A DNA stretch of 64,000 nucleotides from assembly GCA_044226015.1 (NCBI GenBank), contig JBGAHS010000002.1:625571-689570 (forward strand), written 5' to 3'. Below the pieces are notes generated by a model that had not been told where the DNA came from, searched no databases, and worked only from the letters and a program-made list of their open reading frames with translations. This document shows positions 48,061 through 57,938 of this stretch, one piece after another. Position numbers and translations under genes: made by a program. The number at the start of each line of letters is the position of its first letter. Position 1 is the stretch's first letter. The DNA comes from Candidatus Obscuribacteraceae bacterium (GTDB lineage Bacteria > Cyanobacteriota > Vampirovibrionia > Obscuribacterales > Obscuribacteraceae).

Positions 48061-48750
48061 CTAAAAAGCTACAACTACTACGTTGCCGCCTTTTTCTTTT
48101 GCTTCAATCATGGCTTCACAAGCTGCTTCCAGCAGTCCATGAGGGTCAGCACTATGTTTTGGATAGCTGGAAACCGCCAACGACGCCGTCAAGCTAATTA
48201 GCTTTCCGCTGCGAGGGTCCTTAATTTCCAACATCGCGACTTTTCTGCGAACGCGCTCTGCAACAGTGGCAGCGCCTTCCGCATCAGTTTCGTGGAGTAC
48301 TGCAACCAGTTCCTCACCGCCCCAGCGGGCTGGCATATCGATTTCTCGAACTGAGTTGCGCAAAATTTTGGAAACTTCGACCAGTACCTGGTCTCCAATT
48401 TCGTGACCGTAACGCAAGTTGATGTCTCGCAAACAGTCTATATCGATGAGCATCAAAGATAGTGAATAGCCGAGTCTCACGGCTCTCTTTAATGAATGTG
48501 TCAGATGTTCCTTAAAAGCATGTCTATTGGGAAGTTGAGTCAGAAGGTCCGAACCCATCATCTCCTGCAAGCGAGCTTGCGTATTTGATAGTTCATGACG
48601 CAACCGGTCAATTTCTCTGTCTTTCTCGCGAAGCAGCTTCTCATAATCAACGTTGGCATTCTGGTTTTTATGCATCTGCCAATCTGCTGGTCTGTTGTTG
48701 TGCTGCCCGCCGTGGATGTTCTGCAGCATTTGTGTTATGCGTGCTTTCAT
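48061..48750 (-). CDS. Diguanylate cyclase (coiled coil plus GGDEF)
   Basis: DLLTQLPNR, LIDID, INLRYGHEIGD, I-site REID, RWGGEEL. Confidence 0.88.
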   Translation of the reverse strand: MKARITQMLQNIHGGQHNNRPADWQMHKNQNANVDYEKLLREKDREIDRLRHELSNTQARLQEMMGSDLLTQLPNRHAFKEHLTHSLKRAVRLGYSLSLMLIDIDCLRDINLRYGHEIGDQVLVEVSKILRNSVREIDMPARWGGEELVAVLHETDAEGAATVAERVRRKVAMLEIKDPRSGKLISLTASLAVSSYPKHSADPHGLLEAACEAMIEAKEKGGNVVVVAF

Positions 48751-48936
48751 TCCAACCCCCGCTGTGCCTTGTGTCTCATGTAACTACCTGATTGAGCTGA
48801 AGTCTTCGCCAATTTGCTTGAGAGAGATGCTTTCGTAAATCCCGCAAGATGCTCATCGATAGTCGCCCGGTGAATCTCCATATATTAGCCCTAGTTAGGA
48901 TTAATTGCTAGTTATGTAGTGGGGAAATCACCATGA

Positions 48937-50271
48937 TTAATTTATTGCCACTTGCGAAAGTATATTTATATGACCGCGATCCAGCAATACAAGCCAATAC
49001 TTGTGTTTATCGCTAGTAACCTGAAAGGTAATTGTCGCTTCCTGAAGGGCGTTGGGACCTACTTTCTTATGTGCTTCCTTCAGATCTGATAAAGCATAAG
49101 GAAAACAATTCTGGTTATGGTCAGATTTCAGGGCAATATCAGCAAAGTCGTATGAACGATTGCTGTGATTTTCCACCAGAAATTTTACTGAGAGTAGCTT
49201 GGATTTCTTGTCACCAAAGGGTCCAGGGCCGAAGCGCAAATCCTTTATCACGAAATCAACGTTATCTAGTTTTGGTTTTGGCGCCTTCGATGGAATAACG
49301 TCCTGCTTGAACGCCGGCAGAGTTATATCAGAAGGCAAATTGATTTCGATTTCTTCACCAGCAAGATTGCTTTGAATATTACCTTTGCGGTGTAGCGCTG
49401 CAGCAACACCTATGGCAGCACCAACGCCTCCACCAATTCCAACAGAGATACCGTAAGATGCGATTGCAACGCCGATTCCTGTCATTTGCACTGAAGCAAG
49501 GGCACCGCCGATGGCACCAACTGTGGTGTACCCTGTTGTTGTGACCACCTGTTTTGCGATGGTCTTACCAGTACTTTCTTTTGTCGTAGCTTTCGCATCT
49601 AACGGCACAACGTACTCACCATCGGGAGACACTAGCTGATCAAACTTCACTTCGACATAGCCATCGCGTCCCATGCGCTTCTGACGCTCAACACGAGTCA
49701 CATGCCCCTTAACGCGCCATTTTCCGGGCAACACTACCGTTTCGCCTTCTTTCAAATCAGTTGAAACTTCAGCCCATATCTCATCGCCGACTTTGGCTAA
49801 CTCAGAATTCAAGTTAGCACTGAGATTCAACCCAAGCTTAGTACCTTGCGGCACCACTTCGGTTTTGCCTTCTATAAATGGATAAGCAGTCTGAGAAACA
49901 TTGCCTTTCAAAATCTTTGAAGAAGATCCAGCAGCTCCTGAAGCGGCGCCAGATCCAGCAGCTCCTGAAGCAGCGCCTGACCCCGCGGCCCCTGAAGCAG
50001 AGCCTGCTCCCACAGCCCCCGAAGCTGAGCCTGAAGAAGCGCTTGCATTCATTTTGGTCGGCGTCGGCATGCCTTTGGCTTGCCCGCCAACATGAGCTAC
50101 GGAGTGAGCGGAGGAATTCCCTGCCTGCGATTGTGCGCTCGAAGATGATTGTGCATGCACAAGCGAAAGTGGGTAAGTGAACGTCGTCGCAATTAGAACT
50201 GGCAGCAGAGCAAGAGACTTTCCCCTTCCGATGCTGCTTGAATTCACGGTGGTTGCAAAGAGCTTACTCAT
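48937..50271 (-). CDS. Exported protein with Ser/Ala/Gly repeat linker, TrbI/VirB10-like beta domain and glycine-zipper segment
   Basis: Signal peptide; PQGTKL..LNSELAKVGD..VVLPG..VKGHV pattern; GAIGGA..GGGVGAAIG. Confidence 0.7.
   Translation of the reverse strand: MSKLFATTVNSSSIGRGKSLALLPVLIATTFTYPLSLVHAQSSSSAQSQAGNSSAHSVAHVGGQAKGMPTPTKMNASASSGSASGAVGAGSASGAAGSGAASGAAGSGAASGAAGSSSKILKGNVSQTAYPFIEGKTEVVPQGTKLGLNLSANLNSELAKVGDEIWAEVSTDLKEGETVVLPGKWRVKGHVTRVERQKRMGRDGYVEVKFDQLVSPDGEYVVPLDAKATTKESTGKTIAKQVVTTTGYTTVGAIGGALASVQMTGIGVAIASYGISVGIGGGVGAAIGVAAALHRKGNIQSNLAGEEIEINLPSDITLPAFKQDVIPSKAPKPKLDNVDFVIKDLRFGPGPFGDKKSKLLSVKFLVENHSNRSYDFADIALKSDHNQNCFPYALSDLKEAHKKVGPNALQEATITFQVTSDKHKYWLVLLDRGHINILSQVAIN
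49924..50031 (-). repeat. Four 27-bp coding repeats (GAASGAAGS)
   Basis: AGATCCAGCAGCTCCTGAAGC(G/A)GCGCC twice, plus two diverged copies. Confidence 0.85.
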
Positions 50272-50409
50272 TAGGCTTTCCGGAACCTGACGATTGGAAA
50301 CGACGACAGCGCATCCGACAAGTTCCTAAGGGTAGCGCTTGATTTCGTTCTTTACAAGTACCCTTCTTGCACATGTTCGCAAACAGAAATGCGGTTCAAA
50401 AATCGCCCC

Positions 50410-50443
50410 AGAAAGCGAAAGAGCAGCAACTCGCCGCTCTCTC
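50410..50443 (-). terminator. Putative terminator of the J-domain gene
   Basis: Minus strand reads GAGAGAGCGGC-GAGUU-GCUGCUCUUUC followed by GCUUUCU. Confidence 0.5.
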
Positions 50444-50471
50444 CAAAATCAAAATAGTTACAAAGAGAAAA

Positions 50472-51137
50472 CTACATCTTCTTATTGAGCAGCTCCTTGA
50501 GCTGATCAAGAAATCCCTTCTTTTCACCGTTTGCGGCAGGCGCTGCTGCCTCTTTCGGCTGAGTTCCACTGCTCTTATTGCTGGTCTTCAACTTGAGCTC
50601 AACTTGCTTGGCTTCGTAGTTTTTCGGATCAATCTTGAGCGCCGCATTAACCGAGGTCATCGCAAGCGTTCTCCACCCCCTGGCCATCTGGATTTCAGCA
50701 AGAACTGCATGATACTTAGCATTGTTCGGAGCCAGCCTGATTGCTTCTTTGATGGCAGTTTCAGCCTCGGGAAAGCGTTTACGACTCAACATGTCGTTGG
50801 CACGGTCACAGTGCTTAGCAGCCCATGAATCACGGTTCTCAGCCTTGACTTCTGCCTTCTCCGCCGGAGCCTCCGCAACTGCTGCGATACCCTTATTTCG
50901 GGCGAGCCTTCTTAGCGCATCATACTCGTCCTTCTGCTTCGCATCAGAGAGAACTTCATGCGCACGAGTCACCTTTGAAAACTCCACTTGAGCTTCAGCA
51001 CGCTTCTCTGGGTCATTCGGAAAGCGGTCTGGGTGCAATTTCTTTGCAAGCTTCAAATACGCTTTTCTGATTTCATCAGGCGCCGCAGTTTCCTCGACAC
51101 CTAAAACACCGTAAAAATCTTCCTCAATATCCAGCAT
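50472..51137 (-). CDS. J-domain (DnaJ-type) co-chaperone with TPR
   Basis: DFYGVLGV...IRKAYLKLAKKLHPD...AHEVLSD; C-terminal TPRs (AIRLAPNN, ALKIDPKN). Confidence 0.9.
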   Translation of the reverse strand: MLDIEEDFYGVLGVEETAAPDEIRKAYLKLAKKLHPDRFPNDPEKRAEAQVEFSKVTRAHEVLSDAKQKDEYDALRRLARNKGIAAVAEAPAEKAEVKAENRDSWAAKHCDRANDMLSRKRFPEAETAIKEAIRLAPNNAKYHAVLAEIQMARGWRTLAMTSVNAALKIDPKNYEAKQVELKLKTSNKSSGTQPKEAAAPAANGEKKGFLDQLKELLNKKM

Positions 51138-51457
51138 ATTTCTCGTTTTTCTTAAGCGAAGTTGTGGGAAACCATCATCTGCATCGATCCGCCGATACGC
51201 GATGATTCAGAACAAGTCACCAGCGGCTGATGATCTGTCAACCTTACATATTCCCAATTCCTAACATAGATCACATAGTATCCGCCTTTTTTCTTTGAAA
51301 AGATCGAAAAAATCAGCCTTTTGGCCGACTGGGGCTGTCGAGTCTAAATAAATTCGGAATTTGTGAATCACGTATAATGCTGCACCCCATAATCTCTATT
51401 AGGAGACGACTCAAATCCGTTGTGATGAGTTGTTGACGAACTCTGGCGAAAGGCGGA

Positions 51458-54130
51458 ATGAATATGAACCTAGATAGATTCACACATAAAGCAAGAGAAG
51501 CCGTTACTAACTGTCAGGAGATTCTATCCAGATTTTCCCACAGTCAAGTCTTACCGGAACATCTGTTGCTCTCACTTTTCGAGCAAGAAGATGGGCTAGC
51601 CGGAAAGATACTGACAGCGCTGGACATCAAGGATGAACCGATTGTCGAGGAGCTTTCCCGCTATTTGACAAATCAGCCAAAAGCTTCATCAGTTCAAGTC
51701 AAGAAAGACGAAATTGTCGTCTCATCGAAGCTGATCGGCATGCTGGAAGAAGCTGGCAAAGAGGCGGAACGCCTCAAAGACCAGTTCATAAGCATCGAAC
51801 ACTTGATGCTGGTGCTCTGCGACGCTTCAAAGTCGCAGGCTGGAACCATCCTGAAACAACACGGCGTCACGCGCGACCGCATCTTGCAGGTTCTCACTCA
51901 AATTCGCGGAAGCCAGAACGTCACCTCGCAAGACCCAGAGCAAACCTATCAGGCGCTGGCCAGATACGGAAAAGACCTCACAGCCGCTGCGGCTGCGGGA
52001 AAGCTCGACCCAGTCATTGGTCGTGACGACGAAATTCGCCGCGTCATGCAGGTGCTCTCACGTAGAACGAAAAATAACCCGGTGCTTGTTGGAGAGCCCG
52101 GGGTAGGTAAAACGGCGATTGTAGAGGGTCTTGCACAACGCATCACAAAGAGAGACGTCCCCGAAGGTTTAAAAGACAAAAAGCTCATTGCGCTGGACAT
52201 GGGCTCGCTTATAGCTGGTGCAAAATACAGAGGTGAGTTCGAAGAACGTTTGAAAGCAGTCCTCAAGGAAGTTACAGAATCGAACGGCAAAATCATTCTC
52301 TTCATCGATGAACTTCACACAGTAGTTGGCGCAGGTTCTTCGGGCGAAGGTTCGATGGATGCTGGCAATTTGCTGAAACCACCTCTGGCACGCGGCGAAC
52401 TACACTGCGTGGGTGCGACCACTCTTGATGAATACAGAAAGCACGTCGAGAAAGACCCAGCACTGGAAAGACGCTTCCAGACAGTTTTTGTCGACCAGCC
52501 AACTGTCGAAGATTCAATTTCGATATTGCGCGGTTTGAAAGAACGCTACGAAGTGCACCACGGGGTGCGCATTCAAGACGCAGCGCTCGTCGCAGCAGCT
52601 GTGCTTTCGCACCGGTACATCGCGGACAGAGCCCTTCCAGATAAAGCAATTGACCTGGTGGATGAAGCTGCCGCTCGCATGCGCATAGAAATCGACTCGA
52701 TGCCAGCTGAACTCGACGAAATGGAACGTCGCAAAATTCAACTCGAAATTGAGCGCGAAGCCCTAAAGCGCGAACGGGACGCTGCTTCAAAAGAACGTCT
52801 TGAAAAAATCGAAAAGGAAATTCAAGACATTCAAGAATCAGCAGGAGTCTTGCGCAACCAATGGAACACCGAAAAAGACGCGCTCAATCGCCTTCAGCAG
52901 CTGAAAGCAGAACGCGAAGCTGTGAACGTGCAAATTGAGCAGGCTGAACGTAACACCGATTTGGCAAAGGCTGCGCAACTAAAATACGGCACCTTGATGG
53001 AAATCGAAAAACGCATAGCTCAAGAAGAAGAAACTTTCAACCAGAAAAATGTTGCTCGACTTCTATCACAAGAAGTAAGTGCAGAGGACATCGCCGAAAT
53101 CGTTTCCAAATGGACAGGCATTCCTGTTACAAAGCTGATGGAAGGTGAGGTTCAGAAGTTGATTAGACTTGAGGATCACCTCCACAAACGGGTAATCGGA
53201 CAAGAGGAAGCAATCGAAGTGGTGGCAAATGCGGTGCGTCGTGCACGTGCAGGGTTTAAAGATCCGAACCGCCCAATAGGAAGCTTCCTCTTCCTCGGAC
53301 CCACCGGCGTAGGCAAAACAGAGCTTGCAAAAGCGCTTGCTGAGTTTCTCTTCGATGACGATCGCGCGATGGTGCGCATCGACATGTCTGAATATCAGGA
53401 GCGCCACACAGTAGCAAGACTGATTGGTGCACCTCCAGGATACATCGGATACGATGAAGGCGGTCAGCTCACAGAGGCTGTTCGACGACGCCAATACACC
53501 TGCGTGCTCTTCGATGAAATCGAAAAAGCGCACGGCGATGTGTTCAACGTCTTGTTGCAAGTGCTCGATGAAGGTCACCTCACCGACTCGAAGGGTCGCC
53601 ATGTTGATTTCAAAAACACGGTAATCATCATGACCTCCAATATTGGTAGCCAACACATTCTCGACTACCAATCAAAATCGGCATCTGACTCTTCTGACGA
53701 AGCTTATGACGATATGAAAGACAAGGTTCTTTCAGCATTACGCCAGCACTTCCGCCCAGAGTTCCTCAACCGAATCGACGAGACAGTTGTTTTCCACGCA
53801 CTGACGCTGGCACAACTCAAGCACATTGTCGAACTTCAAGTTCGCCTTCTCAACAAGCGACTGGAAGAACGAAAGATTGTGCTCGAACCAACCCCAGAGG
53901 CAATGGAATGGCTGGCAAACTCTGGATACGACCCCATGTACGGTGCGCGTCCGCTTAAGCGAGTTATTCAACGTGAAATTGAAAACACACTTTCGCTCGA
54001 GATGCTCGAAGGCAAGTTCCAGGACGGAGACCGCATCGTAGTAGACGTGGGCGACGAAGGACTTGAATTCAAGAAAGACGCCGTCGTACTTAGCACCGCC
54101 GGCACCGCTGGCAGTGCTGCAGCGACATAA
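51458..54130 (+). CDS. clpB: ATP-dependent chaperone ClpB
   Basis: Two Clp-N repeats, Walker A motifs GEPGVGKT and GPTGVGKT, coiled-coil M domain, [17 protein letters not shown]. Confidence 0.97.
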   Translation: MNMNLDRFTHKAREAVTNCQEILSRFSHSQVLPEHLLLSLFEQEDGLAGKILTALDIKDEPIVEELSRYLTNQPKASSVQVKKDEIVVSSKLIGMLEEAGKEAERLKDQFISIEHLMLVLCDASKSQAGTILKQHGVTRDRILQVLTQIRGSQNVTSQDPEQTYQALARYGKDLTAAAAAGKLDPVIGRDDEIRRVMQVLSRRTKNNPVLVGEPGVGKTAIVEGLAQRITKRDVPEGLKDKKLIALDMGSLIAGAKYRGEFEERLKAVLKEVTESNGKIILFIDELHTVVGAGSSGEGSMDAGNLLKPPLARGELHCVGATTLDEYRKHVEKDPALERRFQTVFVDQPTVEDSISILRGLKERYEVHHGVRIQDAALVAAAVLSHRYIADRALPDKAIDLVDEAAARMRIEIDSMPAELDEMERRKIQLEIEREALKRERDAASKERLEKIEKEIQDIQESAGVLRNQWNTEKDALNRLQQLKAEREAVNVQIEQAERNTDLAKAAQLKYGTLMEIEKRIAQEEETFNQKNVARLLSQEVSAEDIAEIVSKWTGIPVTKLMEGEVQKLIRLEDHLHKRVIGQEEAIEVVANAVRRARAGFKDPNRPIGSFLFLGPTGVGKTELAKALAEFLFDDDRAMVRIDMSEYQERHTVARLIGAPPGYIGYDEGGQLTEAVRRRQYTCVLFDEIEKAHGDVFNVLLQVLDEGHLTDSKGRHVDFKNTVIIMTSNIGSQHILDYQSKSASDSSDEAYDDMKDKVLSALRQHFRPEFLNRIDETVVFHALTLAQLKHIVELQVRLLNKRLEERKIVLEPTPEAMEWLANSGYDPMYGARPLKRVIQREIENTLSLEMLEGKFQDGDRIVVDVGDEGLEFKKDAVVLSTAGTAGSAAAT

Positions 54131-54178
54131 TTGAATCACAATCAAGTCGGTCTAATTCAATCTAGATCGGCACCGGCG

Positions 54179-54202
54179 AGAGGAACAGGCAACTGTTCCT
54201 CT
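54179..54202 (+). terminator. Hairpin downstream of clpB
   Basis: AGAGGAACAG-GCAA-CTGTTCCTCT perfect stem with GNRA loop; weak U tail. Confidence 0.5.
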
Positions 54203-54241
54203 GTCCATTTGAGCGCGGCCGACGGGCTGACGCTACTTTTA

Positions 54242-54308
54242 AGAACTCAATCGGTACCGGTGCAGTTTTCGCGTTTTTCTGCGCCTGAAGAGCGAAGATA
54301 TTTTTGAG
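54242..54308 (-). repeat. Dispersed diverged copy of the 66-bp repeat unit
   Basis: Reverse complement CTCAAAAATATCTTCGCTCTTCAGGCGCAGAAAAACGCGAAAACTGCACCGGTACCGATTGAGTTCT aligns to 47906-47973 with about 8 differences. Confidence 0.88.
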
Positions 54309-54373
54309 ACCGGTAAGCATAGAGCTTTGTGATCGAGTACAAGGCTAGATCGGCGAGCTAGCGACTGCGCTCT

Positions 54374-55525
54374 TTACCGATCATTGCTTGCAGCTGCAGC
54401 CGATGCCGCAAGCAACTCGCGCTCATACTTAGACACGCACTCAGACCTTATTTCGCGAGCACGAAAATCTAGCTTATTCGCCAGCGCAATGCGCTTCGTT
54501 TTGCGCAAAATAGTTGCATAAGTTTCAACACAAGCCGCGACAGACGGATGATTGCTTCCGAATAGCTTGACTCGTGTTTTCATCGCAATCTTCACTAGTG
54601 GCTCAGCATCGGCATACTTCCGCAAACCAAGGTACATATTGCCCAGGTTCATAGTTAAACCAGAGAAGTCCTCATCGGAGGTTGCGTTGTTCAATTCCTT
54701 AATTGCAATGGCTCTCTTGTAAATCGACTCAGCCTGCTTGAACTTCTTTTGCCCCCGCATGAATTCGGCAAGCTTTGACAGAACGCGCGCTGCCACGGGA
54801 TTTTGAGGCCAATACATGTCTTCGCTTTCGATCATGGTGCAGGCGACTAATTCAAGTGCCTCAACCTTACGGTCTTGTGCAAAATAGAGATTGATTATCT
54901 CTGACAAGCTCAAATAGTCGACAGTGTAACCAATCGCGCACTTGTCTTTGATTATGGCAGCAGCCTTCTCGGCATATGACTTGGACGCATCCATATCACC
55001 TTTTGCATCGCAGACCACTGCAAGCGCAATCAATGAATAGCCAGCCTGATAACTATTAGCCGGGTGCTTCGCCTGAAACACCGATAGCAGTTTCTGCAAA
55101 GCAGTTTCCGCTTTATCCAATTGCACGATGTTGATGTAAAAATATACAAGACTGCGAATTGCCTGAACAATGCCGTCCTCATTCGATTCTAAATCGTGAT
55201 TGACCGACTCAAGCGCGTGCAGCAGCATGCTCTCCGCTTCGATATTTCTATCCTGCAGAAAAAACAACCAACCAAGCTTTTGCTTTGCCAACTTAATTTG
55301 CTCGTGGTTTGTTGGGTTTAACGCAGAAGCAATTGCCAATCCACGATTAAGCAAATCCTCAGCTCTGGCATAATTCTTCTCGGTCAGATGATACTGTGCG
55401 GCGGCATTCAGCGGCGTCAGCAATTCTGGGTTATCACGCCCGTGCATTTCTTCAGCACTTAGAAGATTTGCCTCCAGCATTTCCCCATCCGAATTATTTC
55501 CGTTACCTGCCTGCTGGTTCGCCAT
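54374..55525 (-). CDS. TPR protein (kinesin-light-chain-like repeats)
   Basis: LSKLAEFMRGQKKFKQAESIYKRAIAI; NLGNMYLGLRKYADAEPL; FGSNHPSVA. Confidence 0.85.
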   Translation of the reverse strand: MANQQAGNGNNSDGEMLEANLLSAEEMHGRDNPELLTPLNAAAQYHLTEKNYARAEDLLNRGLAIASALNPTNHEQIKLAKQKLGWLFFLQDRNIEAESMLLHALESVNHDLESNEDGIVQAIRSLVYFYINIVQLDKAETALQKLLSVFQAKHPANSYQAGYSLIALAVVCDAKGDMDASKSYAEKAAAIIKDKCAIGYTVDYLSLSEIINLYFAQDRKVEALELVACTMIESEDMYWPQNPVAARVLSKLAEFMRGQKKFKQAESIYKRAIAIKELNNATSDEDFSGLTMNLGNMYLGLRKYADAEPLVKIAMKTRVKLFGSNHPSVAACVETYATILRKTKRIALANKLDFRAREIRSECVSKYERELLAASAAAASNDR

Positions 55526-55542
55526 AACATACTCCGCAATTG

Positions 55543-57240
55543 TTACTTGCTGTCTTCCGACTCTCTAACGCTAGTTTTTTCTTCAGCGATGGAACCATAA
55601 TATGCTGCCATCACGCGATTTTGTGCTTCCTTAATAGTGATTCCCATTCTCTGTGAAAATAGCGCAATATCTTCAAATTCCGGCTGGGCATTGATGAGAT
55701 TGCCAAGCTTATCGAAAGCCAGCTTCACCCTGACTTTCAGGTCATCTACTGTCAGTTCTTGCCAACGACGAGCAGCAAACAACCTGTTTTCTCGTCTTGA
55801 GCGAACGCCAATTGAAGTGGTCTCCCTGAGTATCATCTCCTGAAAGCGAGTCTCATCCTCAGGTCGGCATATTACGGTAAGCAGGTGTGCACTACGTGAT
55901 TTTTTCATCGTCACTGCTGTGGTAAACACATCGAGGGCACCCGCGGACAGAATTTTTTCTAGCGCGAATGAAATTGCTTGCGGCGATTGGTCGTCAACAT
56001 TGGCTTCGATTACGGAAATGACTTCCGACTCAAACGACACGGGCGCAAGGTCAGAAACGCTTTTCGAAGCGCCCCGCCCAATCAGGATGCGAACCACGTT
56101 CGGCCAGTCTTTAGGATCTTTAGTACCAGCACCATAGCCGGTGGCACCAATTTTGTCGAATGCGGGCGCCGAGCCCCAGCGCTCTGCAATTTCACAAAGA
56201 ATTGCGGCTCCGGTTGGAGTTAGGCATTCAAATGGAACAGCCAGCCCGCTGGTCAAAGCGCCTGCTTCATGCAATAGCTCGACAACGGCCGGAGCGGGAA
56301 TTGGAAAATTACCATGTTCGGTCTTTACCGTCCCGTTGCCCAGTGGAACTGCAGTACAAGTACTAGACTCGATTTCAGCGAGGTCATATGCAATGGCGAA
56401 TCCAACTATATCTACAATTGCATCAATCGCGCCCACTTCATGAAAATGAACCTCCTCGATTGAGACCGCGTGTACACGGGCTTCAGCCCTGCCTAGCCTC
56501 TGAAAAATATTCGTTGCAAGCTGCTTGGCTCTGGATGAAATCCCCGAATTCTGAATTATCGCCGTGATTTCGCTAAGCCCTCTGTGGCTGTGCTGGTGCG
56601 AGCCCCCATGCCGGCGAGATACTCCATACCCGGGAGCGCTGCCATCCTGGCGGCTCCTAGCGTCTCCGTGATGCTCAAGGGATCCCTCGTGCCCGTGGTG
56701 CTCGTGGGATCCTTCATGCCCGTGGTGCTCGTGCGATCCGTCACGCCCGTGGTGCTCGTGCGATTCTTCAAGCCCATGGTGCTCGTGCGATCCGTCAAGC
56801 CCATGGTGCTCGAGCGATTCTTCAAGCCCGTGGAGCTCGTGCGATCCGTCACGCCCGTGGTGCTCGTGCGATTCTTCAAGCCCATGGTGCTCGTGCGATC
56901 CGTCACGCCCGTGGTGCTCGTGGGATCCGTCACGCCCGTGATGCTCGTGGGATCCGTCAACCCCGTGGTGCTCGTGGGATCCGTCACCCCCGTGGTGCTC
57001 GTGCGATCCTTCGGGACTGGGAGCGCCGCCATCCTGGCATTCACTCACATGAATCTTCAGCGCACCAAGCCCGCATCTGCGCACTCTTTCAACACTAAAA
57101 GAAAAATACTCAGACAGCTTCAATTTGGACAGCTCGCAAAGAAAAGCGTCGCGATCAACGCCTGCATCCAGCAAGGCTGCAAGCAACATGTCGCCCGCCG
57201 CGCCGAATTGGCAATCAAAGTGAGCTAGCTTAGAACTCAT
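55543..57240 (-). CDS. larC: Nickel pincer cofactor biosynthesis protein LarC with expanded His-rich insert
   Basis: FDCQFGAAGDM, VHFHEVGAIDAIVD, PIPAPA, TPTGAA, GYGAG, IEANVDD, MKKSR, ETTSIGVR, PEFED. Confidence 0.93.
   Translation of the reverse strand: MSSKLAHFDCQFGAAGDMLLAALLDAGVDRDAFLCELSKLKLSEYFSFSVERVRRCGLGALKIHVSECQDGGAPSPEGSHEHHGGDGSHEHHGVDGSHEHHGRDGSHEHHGRDGSHEHHGLEESHEHHGRDGSHELHGLEESLEHHGLDGSHEHHGLEESHEHHGRDGSHEHHGHEGSHEHHGHEGSLEHHGDARSRQDGSAPGYGVSRRHGGSHQHSHRGLSEITAIIQNSGISSRAKQLATNIFQRLGRAEARVHAVSIEEVHFHEVGAIDAIVDIVGFAIAYDLAEIESSTCTAVPLGNGTVKTEHGNFPIPAPAVVELLHEAGALTSGLAVPFECLTPTGAAILCEIAERWGSAPAFDKIGATGYGAGTKDPKDWPNVVRILIGRGASKSVSDLAPVSFESEVISVIEANVDDQSPQAISFALEKILSAGALDVFTTAVTMKKSRSAHLLTVICRPEDETRFQEMILRETTSIGVRSRRENRLFAARRWQELTVDDLKVRVKLAFDKLGNLINAQPEFEDIALFSQRMGITIKEAQNRVMAAYYGSIAEEKTSVRESEDSK
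56659..57009 (-). repeat. Thirteen 27-bp coding repeats (G/E)SHEHHGxD/E
   Basis: Units such as CCGTGGTGCTCGTG(G/C)GATCCGTCACGC; flanked by 20-bp direct repeats at 56632 and 57019. Confidence 0.95.
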
Positions 57241-57857
57241 TTGTGATGATTTTTAATTAGAGGCAGAGTAATATCAGGAATTTTGGTATCACCTGTGATG
57301 GTGATTTCGTGATGATAAACCGGAGCCAGATTCGAATACACATCATTCTTTATCTGCATTATCTTCTTGCCCGGGGTCAGCAAAACTTCATAATCACCGT
57401 CACCATCTGTGGTTGCAACACCGCCACCATGCACAACGTGTGAAGTTCCACCCTCATCTCTGCCGACGAACCTTACCTCAAGCCCTTTGACACCGCTGCC
57501 TTCTGCCATTACACGTCCGGAAACCTTGAAGCCTTTATGCAATTGAACTATAAAGTGCTTAGATTGCTCGCCAGAAACATGTGCATAGTGAGCGCGGCTG
57601 TAGCCAGAGCGCGGGTTAGGAATAACATCAAAGGAAAGCGTGTTGCAGGGCTCGTGCTCGACTTCAAAATTGCCTTTGCCGTCTGACTTGCCCGACGAAT
57701 CTTCCTGCTTATCCTCATCATGAACAACAATTTTCACGCCACCAACTGGCTTACCTTCCGCATCCATGACTTTGCCCTTTAAGAAAGCCGAGTCGGCATT
57801 TGCGGCAGGTGACATCATAACTAAACAGATTGTTAGTGCTGAAATAAGAAAGCGCAT
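57237..57857 (-). CDS. Exported carboxypeptidase-regulatory-like (beta-sandwich) domain protein
   Basis: Signal peptide; two units LKGKVMDAEGKPVGGV..SDGKGNF and VSGRV..TTDGDGDY; ATGA overlap with larC. Confidence 0.8.
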   Translation of the reverse strand: MRFLISALTICLVMMSPAANADSAFLKGKVMDAEGKPVGGVKIVVHDEDKQEDSSGKSDGKGNFEVEHEPCNTLSFDVIPNPRSGYSRAHYAHVSGEQSKHFIVQLHKGFKVSGRVMAEGSGVKGLEVRFVGRDEGGTSHVVHGGGVATTDGDGDYEVLLTPGKKIMQIKNDVYSNLAPVYHHEITITGDTKIPDITLPLIKNHHK

Positions 57858-57938
57858 GAACCACCTTTTGCTCGATGCGTTCAATATACACTATGTGGGC
57901 AAGAAAAGCCTGTGCTGTCTATTTAGCACAAACAAAGT

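Noticed and set aside
56556..57228. Thr-rich and Val-rich repeat ORFs
   Set aside because: Alternative frames of the larC His repeat
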